A stretch of DNA of 64,000 nt. It comes from Coraliomargarita sp. (GTDB lineage: Bacteria > Verrucomicrobiota > Verrucomicrobiia > Opitutales > Coraliomargaritaceae). Positions 30,605 to 41,763 of this stretch are shown here, piece after piece. Each line of letters starts with the position of its first letter. Within the stretch, counting starts at the first letter, position 1. Under the pieces are notes generated by a model. It was not told the DNA's origin. It was given only the letters and a program-made list of their open reading frames with translations, and made no database searches. Where the stretch lies: the NCBI GenBank assembly GCA_965216325.1, contig OZ244160.1:1696001-1760000 (forward strand), in the 5' to 3' direction. The translations under genes were made by a program, and so were the position numbers.

Positions 30605-31759
30605 CTAAAAATAAACAATCAACGCGTTCAACCAGCGCGTATCATCACGCGTATTGCCCGCTCCAGTGTCATTGTCGAAATCCTGATTATAGGAAAACTC
30701 AAAGCCCAACAAATCAGTCATCCGATACCGGATTGCGGCCTTCAACACGTAGTTATATTGTTCTGAGTCTTCAGGGTTTTGAAAGTAGTTAAAACTGTGA
30801 ACGAGAGACGTCTTCTTATCCTTAAAGGGCCTCCATGCGACCTCCTCAAATACGCTCACGACACCATTCACACCGCTGCGCGTGTCATCGAAATCGGTCT
30901 GATAATCTTCAATACCACCCGTCGCACCGACATTCAACTCCATTGCTTGCAGCGGCTTAAAGGTATAACCAAAACCAACCAGATTGCTCACCTCACGATC
31001 GATCCCCTTCTTCTGGTCAGCTCGGTAGGCGAGTGTGTTTTGGACAAACCAATTGTTGTTATCAAAAGAGCGGCGATATAGAGCAGCCGCATCATATTTG
31101 TCCTGCGACTTATACTTATCGCCTTTCTTATTCTCCGTCTCACGGTAGGTGTAGGAGCCAGTCAGGCGGTAGAGGCTCGGACCGTCGTTTGGACGAATAT
31201 CGAGTTTGCCGCGGGCATAGGTCTCGGTCCAACGAGAATCGCCACGGCTTAGGTTCATGCCCATGCGCAGATTACCATTCCACGATTCAGGAGTTTGTAG
31301 TCCCCACAATTTCTTGAACAAACTCGACTCAAGTGGTTCGTCCATCTCAGCAAAGCTAGCACTCGCAGCCTCTCCGGGCTCGATCGGCGCAACCGGCTTG
31401 GGTGAAGTCACCTTCTCCTCACTGGCTGGCTTCGCCGCCGGCGCTGGCGTTGCCTTTGCAACCTCAGCGATGGGCTTCTGTTCAGGCTTGGCGTCAGGCG
31501 TCGCACTAGCGAGCGCAGCTGGCTCCATTTTAATCACAGAGGATCGAGGAATCTGCACTTCGCCCAATAAGGCGGACTTCACGTATAGAGTTTGCTCATT
31601 CGACTTGGGCAGGACTTCGCCGACCAAGCGTTCACCGCTGGAGAGCAACAGTAATTCAGGTTCTGCCTGCGCCACCGCAGTCAATCCAAGCAAGGCCAAG
31701 CCCACACCACGCAGGAGTCTGCGCAGTCCGGCAGGCCCTGCATTGAATGTGAACGTCAT
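30605..31759 (-). CDS. Outer-membrane beta-barrel (DUF481/YdiY-like) with N-terminal extension
   Basis: Signal peptide, Pro/Ala linker, amphipathic beta strands, C-terminal YF. Confidence 0.7.
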   Translation of the reverse strand: MTFTFNAGPAGLRRLLRGVGLALLGLTAVAQAEPELLLLSSGERLVGEVLPKSNEQTLYVKSALLGEVQIPRSSVIKMEPAALASATPDAKPEQKPIAEVAKATPAPAAKPASEEKVTSPKPVAPIEPGEAASASFAEMDEPLESSLFKKLWGLQTPESWNGNLRMGMNLSRGDSRWTETYARGKLDIRPNDGPSLYRLTGSYTYRETENKKGDKYKSQDKYDAAALYRRSFDNNNWFVQNTLAYRADQKKGIDREVSNLVGFGYTFKPLQAMELNVGATGGIEDYQTDFDDTRSGVNGVVSVFEEVAWRPFKDKKTSLVHSFNYFQNPEDSEQYNYVLKAAIRYRMTDLLGFEFSYNQDFDNDTGAGNTRDDTRWLNALIVYF

Positions 31760-31864
31760 ATTAACAGCTCTAGCGATACTGACATCTAAGTAAATGAATT
31801 TTCCACAAATCTGCTTTGTGGCTTTTCAAAGCCCCAAATCACAGCAACCTCAGACACAGCTGAC

Positions 31865-32299
31865 ATGACTTTGTTGCGCGAATTTCTCATCCTCTCATTA
31901 CTCACGCTACTTGGCGCGAGTTACTCACTGGTAAGCGGACTCGCACCAGCGCCGTGGGCGGCTCCTGAACTCGCACCAGGCGAAATACGCTTAGACGACG
32001 CCCGCACCCTGGATCCGATCTGGCTGGATGCTCGCTCCGCAGCAGACTACAGCGCTGGTCACATCCCCAACGCGCTCCTGTTCAATGAGGAAACATTTGA
32101 CGATGCCCTCATGGAGGTCGTCGGCACATGGCTTGATGCGCCACGACCGATCATAGTCTATTGCTCGAGCGCCCAGTGCCAAACCAGTTCGCGCGTGGCT
32201 GACCGTCTACGCACCACCCTGCTCGAATCCGAGATTGAAGCGGAAATCTACACCCTGAAAGGAGGCTGGGACGCATGGACTCAAGTGCTCGCAAAGTAA
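31865..32299 (+). CDS. Rhodanese-like domain protein
   Basis: LDAR..Y.AGHIPNA, IIVYC, LKGGWDAW. Confidence 0.88.
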   Translation: MTLLREFLILSLLTLLGASYSLVSGLAPAPWAAPELAPGEIRLDDARTLDPIWLDARSAADYSAGHIPNALLFNEETFDDALMEVVGTWLDAPRPIIVYCSSAQCQTSSRVADRLRTTLLESEIEAEIYTLKGGWDAWTQVLAK

Positions 32300-32733
32300 A
32301 TTTCTCACACCTCTGGGCACTGATTGTTCGGCTGATCATCGTCTATGTCTTCTTGCGGGCGGCCCTGCCAAAGATCCAAGATCCTGTCAGTTTCGCGGTA
32401 GCGGTAGGCGGGTTTCGAGTCACCGGACCTGAATTGTCGATGTGGGTCGCCATCTTACTTCCATGGCTGGAGTTAGTAGCCGGGCTCGGCCTGCTTATCC
32501 CCAAACTTCGACGCACCAGCGGCATCCTACTCGCAATCTTACTGGTGCTGTTCATCGGCCTACACACCAGCGCCTGGCTACGCGGACTGGATATTAGCTG
32601 TGGCTGCTTCGGCAAAGAACTCACCCCCGAATCCCCCAACTATCTCTGGCTGATCGTGCGCAACAGCCTACTGCTGCTCGGGCTGGAGTGGGTTACATGG
32701 CGTGATTTTAGGAACAATTCCACGCTAGCCTGA
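32275..32733 (+). CDS. MauE/DoxX-family membrane protein
   Basis: KIQDP..F, LPWLE, RGLDISCGCFG, IVRN. Confidence 0.88.
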   Translation: MDSSARKVNFSHLWALIVRLIIVYVFLRAALPKIQDPVSFAVAVGGFRVTGPELSMWVAILLPWLELVAGLGLLIPKLRRTSGILLAILLVLFIGLHTSAWLRGLDISCGCFGKELTPESPNYLWLIVRNSLLLLGLEWVTWRDFRNNSTLA

Positions 32734-32778
32734 CTCTCATACTTGCCTGTCAGGATCTCTCCGATAACTCTAACAGCC

Positions 32779-33459
32779 ATGAATTTCTCCAGCATCGTAT
32801 CTTGTGTCATCGCCATCGGCCTACTGCCACTCAGCGCATCCGCATCGGTCCTAGTCTGGGACCAAACAGAAGTGCGGGTCGACATGGATCCCAACCAAGT
32901 CGAAGCCAAAGCAAGCTATACAGTGAGGAACAACAGCGATCAAACGCTACGCATCGCACGCGTCAAAACCAGCTGCGGTTGCACCGGCTCGGTGATCGAT
33001 CGCAAAATTCTAGAACCAGGTCAGGCAACAGAGATCCGCGCAACTTTCAACAAGGGCAAGCGTAAGGGCAAAAACCACAGCAAGCTCTACGTCTATCTCG
33101 ACAGCCAGCCCGACGCGGTCGCAACGCTGCATTTTATTGTCAATATACCCGAGCTGATCTCCGCTCAACCACGCGTTGTCTACTGGAACAGCCGGAATAC
33201 CCAAAGCCCCCGTACCATTCAAGTCGAGCTTGACTCAAACTACGTCAATGAGCTGAGCGCAATCAACTACGACAAAAGTCAACTATCAGTGACAAAGGAA
33301 CTCGTCGACGATCCGAGAGCCCAACATCAGTATACGCTGACCATCACGCCGAACTCCTACGAGACCGACATGCGAGCCACAATAGAGCTCGAAGCCAGTG
33401 GACCCAACAATACCAAAGGCAGCACGAAGATCCACGCCTTCGTTCAGGGCGCCAAGTAA
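32779..33459 (+). CDS. DUF1573-domain exported protein
   Basis: Signal peptide; L.I..VKTSCGCT..LEPG Ig-like motif. Confidence 0.8.
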   Translation: MNFSSIVSCVIAIGLLPLSASASVLVWDQTEVRVDMDPNQVEAKASYTVRNNSDQTLRIARVKTSCGCTGSVIDRKILEPGQATEIRATFNKGKRKGKNHSKLYVYLDSQPDAVATLHFIVNIPELISAQPRVVYWNSRNTQSPRTIQVELDSNYVNELSAINYDKSQLSVTKELVDDPRAQHQYTLTITPNSYETDMRATIELEASGPNNTKGSTKIHAFVQGAK

Positions 33460-33531
33460 TCGGCCGAAAGCTCCTTCGACGGCTTGAATCTACGCGCTTG
33501 GCGGGCCTGAAGCCGCAACTCCAAGGCACAC

Positions 33532-35064
33532 TCAGCGCCGCAAGTCGTGCTGATCAATACGCTTGCGCAAAGTCGCACGCGTCATGCCCAAAATTTCAGC
33601 AGCTTTGACCTGCTTGCCATCCGATTCTGCGAGCGCACGCACGATTAACTCGCGCTCAGCATGCTCGAGAATATTGCGACTATGCTGGCCACGAAGCTCA
33701 CGGTAAACCGCATCGAAAGGATTCTCTGCAGGTGCCCCGAGCATTGCTTCCGCAGATGCAGCATCCTCAGCAGGCGCTGGCTCACCGGGTACAGCAGGAC
33801 TTGGTGCGGGGTCTTCCTTCTCGGTGGCGCTAACCTCGACCGCAGGGACTGCGGAGGCCTCCCCCACCGAAGAGACCACCTCCTGCGGCAAGTCTTTAAT
33901 CAAAATCGTGTCCCCCTGAGCCATCACCGCACTGCGATAAACTAAGTTCTCTAGCTCACGCACATTTCCCGGCCACTTATACTTCGCCAAGAGCGCCAAG
34001 GCTTCAGGCGAGATCGCCTTGGCGTCAGCCTTGCTGTCACGCGCCAGGCGCTTGAGCACAAAATTCACCAACTGAGGCACGTCCTCCATGCGCTCGCGCA
34101 AAGGCGGCAACTGAATGCGGACCACATTCAGACGATAGTAAAGGTCTTCACGGAAGGTCTTCTCTTTGACCATCTCTTCGAGGGGCTTGTTCGTCGCAGC
34201 AAGCATACGGACATTGACCTTGATCGTCTCACTACTACCGACTCGCTGGATCTCGCCTTCCTGTAGAGCACGCAGAATCTTGGTCTGGGTCGTCAGTGCC
34301 ATATCGCCAATCTCATCGAGGAAGATCGTGCCACCATCGCAGAGCTCAAACTTACCGATACGTTGACTAGTCGCACCGGTGAAAGAGCCCTTCTCGTGGC
34401 CAAACAACTCGCTTTCAATCAGATTCTCCGGAATCGCCGCACAGTTGACCGCAATGTAGGGCTTATTCGCCCGCAAACTGTTTTGAAAAATGGAGCGCGC
34501 AATCAGCTCCTTGCCCGTGCCGCTTTCCCCAGTCACCATGACGGTTACGTCGCTGGCAGCCACCTGACCGATCGTCTTGAACACCACCTGCATCGTCGGC
34601 GAACTGCCGATAATGCCGCCTTCGACATCCTCCTGACTCACACTAGGACCACTCGATTCACCCGCGTTGGCCTTGTCCAGGTCCTTAGAGGAGGCGAGCG
34701 CCGACTCAGCCAGCGAAATGATCTTCTTCAGATCAAAAGGCTTCATGATATAATCGAAGGCACCAAACTTCATCGCCTCGATTGTCGTCTGAGTCGTGCC
34801 ATAGGCCGTCATCAGGATAATCATCGCATTCGGATTGATTCCACGCAGATGTTGCAGCGCTTCAATACCGCTCATGCCCCCCATGCGATTATCGAGCAAA
34901 ATCACATCCGGATCATGCTGTTCAGCCATCTTCAGGCCCTCTTCGCCGCTGGCAGCCTCAATCACATTATAATTCCGGCCAGATAGCACCCGCTTGAGCG
35001 AGTAGCGCAAATCATCGTCATCATCGATGACGAGCACGGTCGGTAAGGTATCGGTTGTCTCCAT
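33532..35064 (-). CDS. Sigma-54-dependent response regulator (NtrC/AtoC family)
   Basis: Receiver domain; [48 protein letters not shown]; Fis-type HTH. Confidence 0.95.
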   Translation of the reverse strand: METTDTLPTVLVIDDDDDLRYSLKRVLSGRNYNVIEAASGEEGLKMAEQHDPDVILLDNRMGGMSGIEALQHLRGINPNAMIILMTAYGTTQTTIEAMKFGAFDYIMKPFDLKKIISLAESALASSKDLDKANAGESSGPSVSQEDVEGGIIGSSPTMQVVFKTIGQVAASDVTVMVTGESGTGKELIARSIFQNSLRANKPYIAVNCAAIPENLIESELFGHEKGSFTGATSQRIGKFELCDGGTIFLDEIGDMALTTQTKILRALQEGEIQRVGSSETIKVNVRMLAATNKPLEEMVKEKTFREDLYYRLNVVRIQLPPLRERMEDVPQLVNFVLKRLARDSKADAKAISPEALALLAKYKWPGNVRELENLVYRSAVMAQGDTILIKDLPQEVVSSVGEASAVPAVEVSATEKEDPAPSPAVPGEPAPAEDAASAEAMLGAPAENPFDAVYRELRGQHSRNILEHAERELIVRALAESDGKQVKAAEILGMTRATLRKRIDQHDLRR

Positions 35065-35234
35065 AACTGAAAATTCGGGTCATAAACTGCAAAGCAACTC
35101 TCTCAAAGCAAGAAGGATGCACATTTGGAAGAAATCTAACAGCAATGTGATTTCATTTGATCAGTTATCAAGTTTGACGGGACAACAGTGTTCACTTTGC
35201 TATAAATACTAAGCAATAAAGCGTAACTCATCTA

Positions 35235-38200
35235 ATGTTAAGCGGGATACCAGCAACCATCCAAATACGTCATCATGGACACCGCAACGGTTTTGCACTC
35301 GTGCTATCCCTCTCATTGATGTCATTTGTACTCCTACTACTTCTGGCAATTACAAGTCTGGTCCGCGTCGAAAGCGCAGCCAGCACGCAAAGCTTGGACC
35401 GATTCCTCGTTGAGCAAAACGCCCGCCTCGCATTGATGATCGCACTCGGCGAACTCCAAAGGCATGCTGGTCCGGATCAGCGCATTACAGCACGCGCCGA
35501 TATCCTCGGCCCCGATATTGCCAATCCGTTTTGGACCGGAGTCTGGAATACGGAAGAGCCCACCAGCCCTCCCCGCTGGCTGGTCTCCAGTAACAACAAT
35601 GGCCCAAGGTCAACGACGAGACAACAGGCAACAGACCAGATCCAACTCGTCGGCCCTCAAACAGCAGGCGCAAACACAGCGCACCACGTAAGTGCACCCG
35701 CGCTCTACCTCACTCAATCAAGTAACACACACACGCGTATTGGATGGTGGATTGCCGACCAAGGAGTCAAAGCCAGCGTCGGAGGCCTGCCACTCAACAA
35801 ACTAAGCACACCCAACTACCAAAGTGATCGCAGGATAAAGTCACTCGAACTCCTACTAGCCAGTAGCCATGGGCTCGAAGAACTGTTCACCAGTTATGAT
35901 CGTTTCGACTCCGCAAAAGGCTCGGCCTTAGACCAAATCCACTCGCTGAATGACCTAGTCAGCGCTCGCGTCTTTTCAGACAAGTCCTCCCATGCATTCT
36001 CGAATGAACCACTCTTTCACACACTGAGCATCGCAAACTACGGGGTGCTCGCCAGCGTATTGCCAAGCAGCGATGGCGGACTCATGCGCGATCTCTCTCT
36101 ATACCCGGACATCATCGGTAGTGGACTGAAGAACTATGTCGAATTGGCAGAGGCGAACAAACGAGCGCTGAACCAGAGTACATCGGCACTCGGTGAATAC
36201 CGACTCCTTTCACAGCTAAGGGGCCTTGACCAGCTAGGCCCACTCACAGACGGGATGATCGCCACCCCGATTACGCCCATCCTCAGCAACTTCTTAATGG
36301 CCTTCACCCTGCGCTCACACAGTCCGGTAAGCCAAAACCCAAACATGTACTTGCGCATGCGCTTCTTCTGCGAGCTCTGGAACCCATACACGAATGGGCT
36401 AGCAATGCATGACAAGACCGGAAATCCACTGGATCTGGAACTAGAAATAACCGGCCTACCTACGGTCCGAGCAATTAAGACCACCGGAAATCGGGCAAGC
36501 AGTGACCCAGTCGACTTACAAAGCGTGCTCGGAGCTCCCAATAGCCCCACAGGAGCAATGATCATCCGCTTACAATACGATCACTCTCGGCAATGGCTAT
36601 CCGGGCAAACCATGAACTGGACCGGCGTGAACGCGGACGAAACAGCAGGCCCGTCCCCCTATCACTCAACCACTACAACAAGCAAGCAATGGGATGCCCC
36701 CGAAAACACCCTTGGTGGGTCACGCGGCATTGATACGGGCATCGCTCGAGTATCTGGCAACTTTCGCCACACCAGCTCGGAAATAAACAACATACACATT
36801 AAACTCTACGCCGTAAACACAGTCCTCAATTCGCGCACACTGCTCTCAGAGTATGGGGATCTGTCTTACGAACCGATCTCTACACGACTCGACGGGTATT
36901 CAAATACACACAGCGGCTCAACCTTCGGATATCATTTCATCCTACGCGGCCCCCACCTAAGCACTCAGGACCGCCACTACTATCGCGGCCGCTGGCTTCA
37001 CGACCACGACCCACGCAACCCACAACCAATTTTCCACCCAGATTGGCATTTGGACAACGACCCAACCGTCCCCAGCGGCAGCCCCTACACCGCAGTGAGA
37101 GACGGGATCACACCCCTACCCGTGCCCGCACCTGAAGAAATTAACGAAACCAACAATACGCTAAACACAGAAATCTTCCGTCGTATCCTCGACCGCAGCT
37201 GGGGCAACTCACTCTCATTCAATAAGCTTTGGCAAGACACTCCCGTCTTTGAGCTCCCACGCCAACGCCCCCTAAGTCTGGCCTCCTTACAACACCTCTA
37301 TTTCCACAACGAACGCCCCTTCCAAGTCGGTAACAGCTGGGGTGCGAACGGTCGCGTGAATACATCCGATTGGTTCGATCGCTATTACTTTTCGGGATTC
37401 CATCGCGATGACGATCCCGCCGTCTTCAGCCCCGAAGCACCTCTACCAAATCCCGCACTAATCAGTTACCCCCAAACCGATGATATTGGGCTGGCAAGCT
37501 GGATAAGCGCGACTCCATCCAGCTCGGTAGAGGCTCGAAATCCTGCATCCCGGTTAATGGTTAAGAATCGCTTCAATGTAAACTCCACTTCCACAGCGGC
37601 ATGGAAAGCGGTGCTAGGCTCACTTCGAATCAACGGATGGAGTTACCTCGACTACCCGGATGACACCGCTGACCTCAGTAGCCTAAGTCTAAAACAAGAC
37701 GGACGCGGCGGGATGTTCTCACGCTATTCGCACACGCTGTGCGAAACTTACGATAGCATCGCGTCACCCAAATTTGAAGGGTCCGAGCCTGTCGCGCCAT
37801 CCGCCTATTATCGGCGCGGTGCTCGTCATCTCCACAGCAGCGAACTCGAACGCCTCGCCACAGAGATCGTTCGCCTCCTCCAAGACAGAGCGGAGCCCTT
37901 TTTCTCCATGTCGGATTTTCTATCCGCTCAAGAAGGCAGCGAGCTCAGCCTCTTAGAACAAGCCATCGCAAATACACTAAGCAAAGAGGGCCGCCAGCAA
38001 TGGGACCACGAGTGGGAAACGAACGGCCGTTGGCCCAAAGTTGCAGCAGAGCAAGTCGATATCGATCACTTCTCACCAGGCTACCTGACACAAGCAGACA
38101 TCATGAGCGCAATCGGACCGATGTTGGCACCCAGATCGGACACGTTCAAAATCCGCGCACGCGCTGAAACCCGAACCCCAGATCAGCGCACTTACTCAGC

Positions 38201-38324
38201 TACGATTGAAGCGATCGCGCAACGCTTGCCTACCGCACTCGAGCCCGGCAACGCAGACCACGGGCCACTAAATCGCCGACTTAAACTGATTAGCCTACGC
38301 TGGCTAGCGGATGATGAATTATGA
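35235..38324 (+). CDS. Large PilX-N-terminal (Verru_Chthon cassette A-like) protein
   Basis: GFALVLSLSLM prepilin-like N-terminus, ALGELQRHAGPDQRITARA, FNVNSTS..AWKA, LTQADI..L.PRSDTF.IRA. Confidence 0.75.
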   Translation: MLSGIPATIQIRHHGHRNGFALVLSLSLMSFVLLLLLAITSLVRVESAASTQSLDRFLVEQNARLALMIALGELQRHAGPDQRITARADILGPDIANPFWTGVWNTEEPTSPPRWLVSSNNNGPRSTTRQQATDQIQLVGPQTAGANTAHHVSAPALYLTQSSNTHTRIGWWIADQGVKASVGGLPLNKLSTPNYQSDRRIKSLELLLASSHGLEELFTSYDRFDSAKGSALDQIHSLNDLVSARVFSDKSSHAFSNEPLFHTLSIANYGVLASVLPSSDGGLMRDLSLYPDIIGSGLKNYVELAEANKRALNQSTSALGEYRLLSQLRGLDQLGPLTDGMIATPITPILSNFLMAFTLRSHSPVSQNPNMYLRMRFFCELWNPYTNGLAMHDKTGNPLDLELEITGLPTVRAIKTTGNRASSDPVDLQSVLGAPNSPTGAMIIRLQYDHSRQWLSGQTMNWTGVNADETAGPSPYHSTTTTSKQWDAPENTLGGSRGIDTGIARVSGNFRHTSSEINNIHIKLYAVNTVLNSRTLLSEYGDLSYEPISTRLDGYSNTHSGSTFGYHFILRGPHLSTQDRHYYRGRWLHDHDPRNPQPIFHPDWHLDNDPTVPSGSPYTAVRDGITPLPVPAPEEINETNNTLNTEIFRRILDRSWGNSLSFNKLWQDTPVFELPRQRPLSLASLQHLYFHNERPFQVGNSWGANGRVNTSDWFDRYYFSGFHRDDDPAVFSPEAPLPNPALISYPQTDDIGLASWISATPSSSVEARNPASRLMVKNRFNVNSTSTAAWKAVLGSLRINGWSYLDYPDDTADLSSLSLKQDGRGGMFSRYSHTLCETYDSIASPKFEGSEPVAPSAYYRRGARHLHSSELERLATEIVRLLQDRAEPFFSMSDFLSAQEGSELSLLEQAIANTLSKEGRQQWDHEWETNGRWPKVAAEQVDIDHFSPGYLTQADIMSAIGPMLAPRSDTFKIRARAETRTPDQRTYSATIEAIAQRLPTALEPGNADHGPLNRRLKLISLRWLADDEL

Positions 38325-39019
38325 AATACCTGTTGCTCGCTCTACTACTCTGCCCAACACAACTCCTCATCAGCACTGAGCCGAGAGTTGCGCAATTCAG
38401 CACCTATGCCCAATCCCCAATGCGCAATACCATTTACCGACCAGTATCGCTTGCTTGCATCGCTGCAGGTGCGACAGCAGAACCCGCAGTTCAACTAAAC
38501 TCCCACACCTTATCCAGAACGGGCCCCTATCTCTACACAGGAGATGAGCCCATCCAATTTTTCGACTCCATCCGCAACGAATTGATTGCACAAGTTCGAC
38601 TGCCCAAAGACTCTAACCAATGGCTTCTGGTCTTTGTTCGAAATCCCAATTATCGCAAAGGGGCAGAGGATCAGTTAAAATTCTTAATCTATCCCTTCGA
38701 TGATTCACCGAGCCATTTGCCAAACAACTCCCTGATCTTTCTCAATCTCTCCGGTCGTGAGCTCGCAGGCCTAGTAGAAGGCAAGCGCATCAAACTCGAC
38801 GCAGGCGAAAGCGAACTACACCACGCCCAGGAAAGCATGCCGATCAACCTCTGGAGCCAAGGCTTCAACAGCGAAGAACTACTGCCAGCCCTAATAAAAA
38901 CCTATCAGTTCGACAAAAATCATCGCTACCTGATGATCTTTTTTCCTCCAGTATTGAAAGGCTCTGCAGATTTAGACGTCCGAGTCCTCGCCGAGAAAAC
39001 AACACCAGACGGCGGATAA
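38321..39019 (+). CDS. Hypothetical exported protein coupled to the PilX-like gene
   Basis: ATGA overlap; signal-like N-terminus. Confidence 0.7.
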   Translation: MKYLLLALLLCPTQLLISTEPRVAQFSTYAQSPMRNTIYRPVSLACIAAGATAEPAVQLNSHTLSRTGPYLYTGDEPIQFFDSIRNELIAQVRLPKDSNQWLLVFVRNPNYRKGAEDQLKFLIYPFDDSPSHLPNNSLIFLNLSGRELAGLVEGKRIKLDAGESELHHAQESMPINLWSQGFNSEELLPALIKTYQFDKNHRYLMIFFPPVLKGSADLDVRVLAEKTTPDGG

Positions 39020-39028
39020 AAATTTCCG

Positions 39029-39541
39029 CTACAGTTTCTGATAAAGCGCCCAAAGGTGCACAAAGGACCAAGAGAAATCACGCGGAGCCTTCTCGATCCA
39101 GGCATTGAGCGCATCGATATCTATCCACTGCCCCTCGCTAACTTCCTCCGGGTCCAGCGAAAACGGGCCTTCAGACGTGCAGCGATAAAGCCAAACAAAC
39201 TCCTGACCTGTTTGCGGGCATGGCGCTTCTTTCAGAACACGCTCGAGACCCACTGGATCATAGAGGCCAATCTCCTCACCAAGCTCACGCGGCGCTGCAG
39301 TGTCGTAATCTTCGCCGGCATCGACATGACCGGAACAAGAGCTCACCCATTTCCCGGGAGCGGAGTCCTTTGTCATCGAGCGACGCTGGAGGTAGATTTG
39401 TCCAGCAGCATTAAACACAAAGACGTGAATCGCACGGTGCATCAAACGTTCTTTGTGCACGACCGAGCGTCGTTCCTGACGTATTACATTATCGTCAGAA
39501 TCGACGACATCAAAAATATCTTCTGAGCGAGAAGCAGGCAT
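39029..39541 (-). CDS. NUDIX hydrolase (IDI/YfcD-like); start uncertain (39541 or 39595)
   Basis: [28 protein letters not shown]....A.RELGEEIG. Confidence 0.88.
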   Translation of the reverse strand: MPASRSEDIFDVVDSDDNVIRQERRSVVHKERLMHRAIHVFVFNAAGQIYLQRRSMTKDSAPGKWVSSCSGHVDAGEDYDTAAPRELGEEIGLYDPVGLERVLKEAPCPQTGQEFVWLYRCTSEGPFSLDPEEVSEGQWIDIDALNAWIEKAPRDFSWSFVHLWALYQKL

Positions 39542-39709
39542 TTCTAGGGAGGGGCTAACTGTATTTTGTAGGGACGTAGGGTGCTGTTGTTTCATATAGG
39601 AGGACTACAAGTCAGCAGAAAGCTAACTGTGTTCCAAATGAAAAGCAATTTCTGTGCCCTCGGGATATTGGGGTGGGAGTGACTGCGCTGATTTAACACA
39701 GCCGTAAAG

Positions 39710-40690
39710 TTATCGGATCAAGCCCTTGTAGTCTTCGAAGTGGCCGGTGAAGCCGCCCGGCACACCCTTATTAATGACCGCAACCGCATCGTGCGAGTGT
39801 AGCGACTCAAGATGCGCACAGGCCACTTGGAAGTCTGCAATACGCGGCTCTGCATCGAGTTGTTCGTACAGCAAGCGCGCCGCATCTTCGACAAACTTGG
39901 TAAAGGCGCCATTGAGCTCGGCAAAGGCTTGCTCATCTTCACGCTTCACCATCACCTGCGTTTCAGTCTTCAGACCAGCCAAGCAAAGCTGCTGGATCTC
40001 TTCTATGCTCAGGTGCTGACCTTCGACAACTTCGACACTTACGCGAGCGGTGCTGCGTTGTGAGTGAGGGATGCCATAGATGTTGCGCGCCTCACGAGCA
40101 TGCTCCGATAGCTCCGAAGAGCATGGGCACGCAGAAGAGTAAATAAAATCAAAATGGATGTATTTGCGGAAGCGATCGAGATCGTCGATCTTACCTTCAA
40201 AGGCACAGCGGTAGTATTGCCAGCCTTCCAAGCCACTGCGGAGACTTGGCTTGAGAATCGGGTATTCAAATTCCAACTTCAACTGCGCACGGTGCGCGAG
40301 CACCTCCTTCTTATAAGCGGTCAGGATCTCTTCGAGAAGATCCGGTGTGAAGATTCGATCCTGATATTCGTAAAAGACGCGCATGATACGCGACATGTTG
40401 ATGCCCTTCTGGTTCGCTTCTAATGAAACTGTTCCGGTCACGGAAGTTTCCAGCGAGTGCGTATCCGAAGTCGGTGTAATATAGCGCAAGGGCAGACGGA
40501 AATTAGAGATACCCACCTTCAAGATCGGCACGTTGGCACCATAAATCTGCTGCGCATCCGCATTCTGCATATCCGGCAGGCTGGCGCGGTATTCGTCGGT
40601 GAGAACGAATTCCTCGTCGTAGATTTTGCTGGGCTTCTCGGATACGGAAGCCAGCACATCTGGCGATGGGCTGCTGGATTTGTTTTTCAT
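39710..40690 (-). CDS. folE2: GTP cyclohydrolase IB
   Basis: [39 protein letters not shown]. Confidence 0.93.
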   Translation of the reverse strand: MKNKSSSPSPDVLASVSEKPSKIYDEEFVLTDEYRASLPDMQNADAQQIYGANVPILKVGISNFRLPLRYITPTSDTHSLETSVTGTVSLEANQKGINMSRIMRVFYEYQDRIFTPDLLEEILTAYKKEVLAHRAQLKLEFEYPILKPSLRSGLEGWQYYRCAFEGKIDDLDRFRKYIHFDFIYSSACPCSSELSEHAREARNIYGIPHSQRSTARVSVEVVEGQHLSIEEIQQLCLAGLKTETQVMVKREDEQAFAELNGAFTKFVEDAARLLYEQLDAEPRIADFQVACAHLESLHSHDAVAVINKGVPGGFTGHFEDYKGLIR

Positions 40691-40874
40691 GTCTAATACT
40701 TTATCTGGAGCGGGCCTTGAACCTTACAGCTGTAACAAGTTGTGCACTAAGAACTAAGGAGCAAACCACCCGCTGTCTTTATCGAAGCGCGCCAACTAAA
40801 GGGATGATTTTCAATCTGGCAAGCGCGGAAAAAGCTTTGCCGATCGAGAAGGTGCAGACTATCCCAGCAGCAAA

Positions 40875-41657
40875 ATGTTCGCCGATTTTCAAATTTTAGG
40901 TTCCAGCAGCAGCGGAAACTGTGCCCTTTTACGCACCGGGCACAGTAAAGTGCTGATCGACGCCGGATTTTCCGGAAAACGTATTTGCGGCATGCTAGCC
41001 GAAGTTGGCGAAAGCCTCGATACACTGGACGCAGTCTTTCTCACACACGAGCACACCGACCACGCACAGGGCATTCGCGGCCTCTCAAAACGCGCCGATT
41101 TACCCGTATTCGCCAATCGTGACACCGCGGAGGCCGTGCAGGCCAAACTAACGAAGCGCCCCAGCTGGCATCTCTTCGAAACCGGCACCACCTTCAAATT
41201 TCGCGATCTGGAGATTCATGCATTCTCTATCCCACACGACGCATATGACCCGGTAGGCTACACCTTCCACTGGGGCGAAGAAGGCGACCTGTTCAGCCCA
41301 CCCAAAAGTCTCGCATGGGTGACAGACCTCGGATATGTCCCTCCGCATGTCCACGAACACATCCGCAGCGTCCAAACACTCGTGCTCGAAGCGAATTACG
41401 ACGAATCCCTATTGGATCAGGACACAAAGCGTCCTTGGTCGACTAAACAGCGCATCCGCGGACGCCACGGCCACCTCTCCAATGAGCACGCCCTGGAAGT
41501 ATTACGAAACTTAAACGGGAGCTCGAAGGTCGAAAAAGTGTACCTCGCCCACCTTAGCAAAGATTGTAATACGCTGGACAAAGTCGAAAATATGCTTTCT
41601 CAGCTTATCGGAGAGCAGTTCAGCATCAGTGTAGTCGATCCGACTCGCACCTGCTAA
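40875..41657 (+). CDS. MBL-fold metallo-hydrolase (YycJ/WalJ-like)
   Basis: [36 protein letters not shown]. Confidence 0.9.
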   Translation: MFADFQILGSSSSGNCALLRTGHSKVLIDAGFSGKRICGMLAEVGESLDTLDAVFLTHEHTDHAQGIRGLSKRADLPVFANRDTAEAVQAKLTKRPSWHLFETGTTFKFRDLEIHAFSIPHDAYDPVGYTFHWGEEGDLFSPPKSLAWVTDLGYVPPHVHEHIRSVQTLVLEANYDESLLDQDTKRPWSTKQRIRGRHGHLSNEHALEVLRNLNGSSKVEKVYLAHLSKDCNTLDKVENMLSQLIGEQFSISVVDPTRTC

Positions 41658-41763
41658 ACAGCACATCCCCCTATACATAAACATACAAGATTCGGCGGTA
41701 ACTCCTCGTAGCCCCAGATGATGATAATCTGGCCGATGATAAATCGAACACACCTATATTGAT

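Noticed and set aside
35065..35234. Sigma-54 promoter in the divergent spacer
   Set aside because: No convincing GG-N10-GC element found by eye
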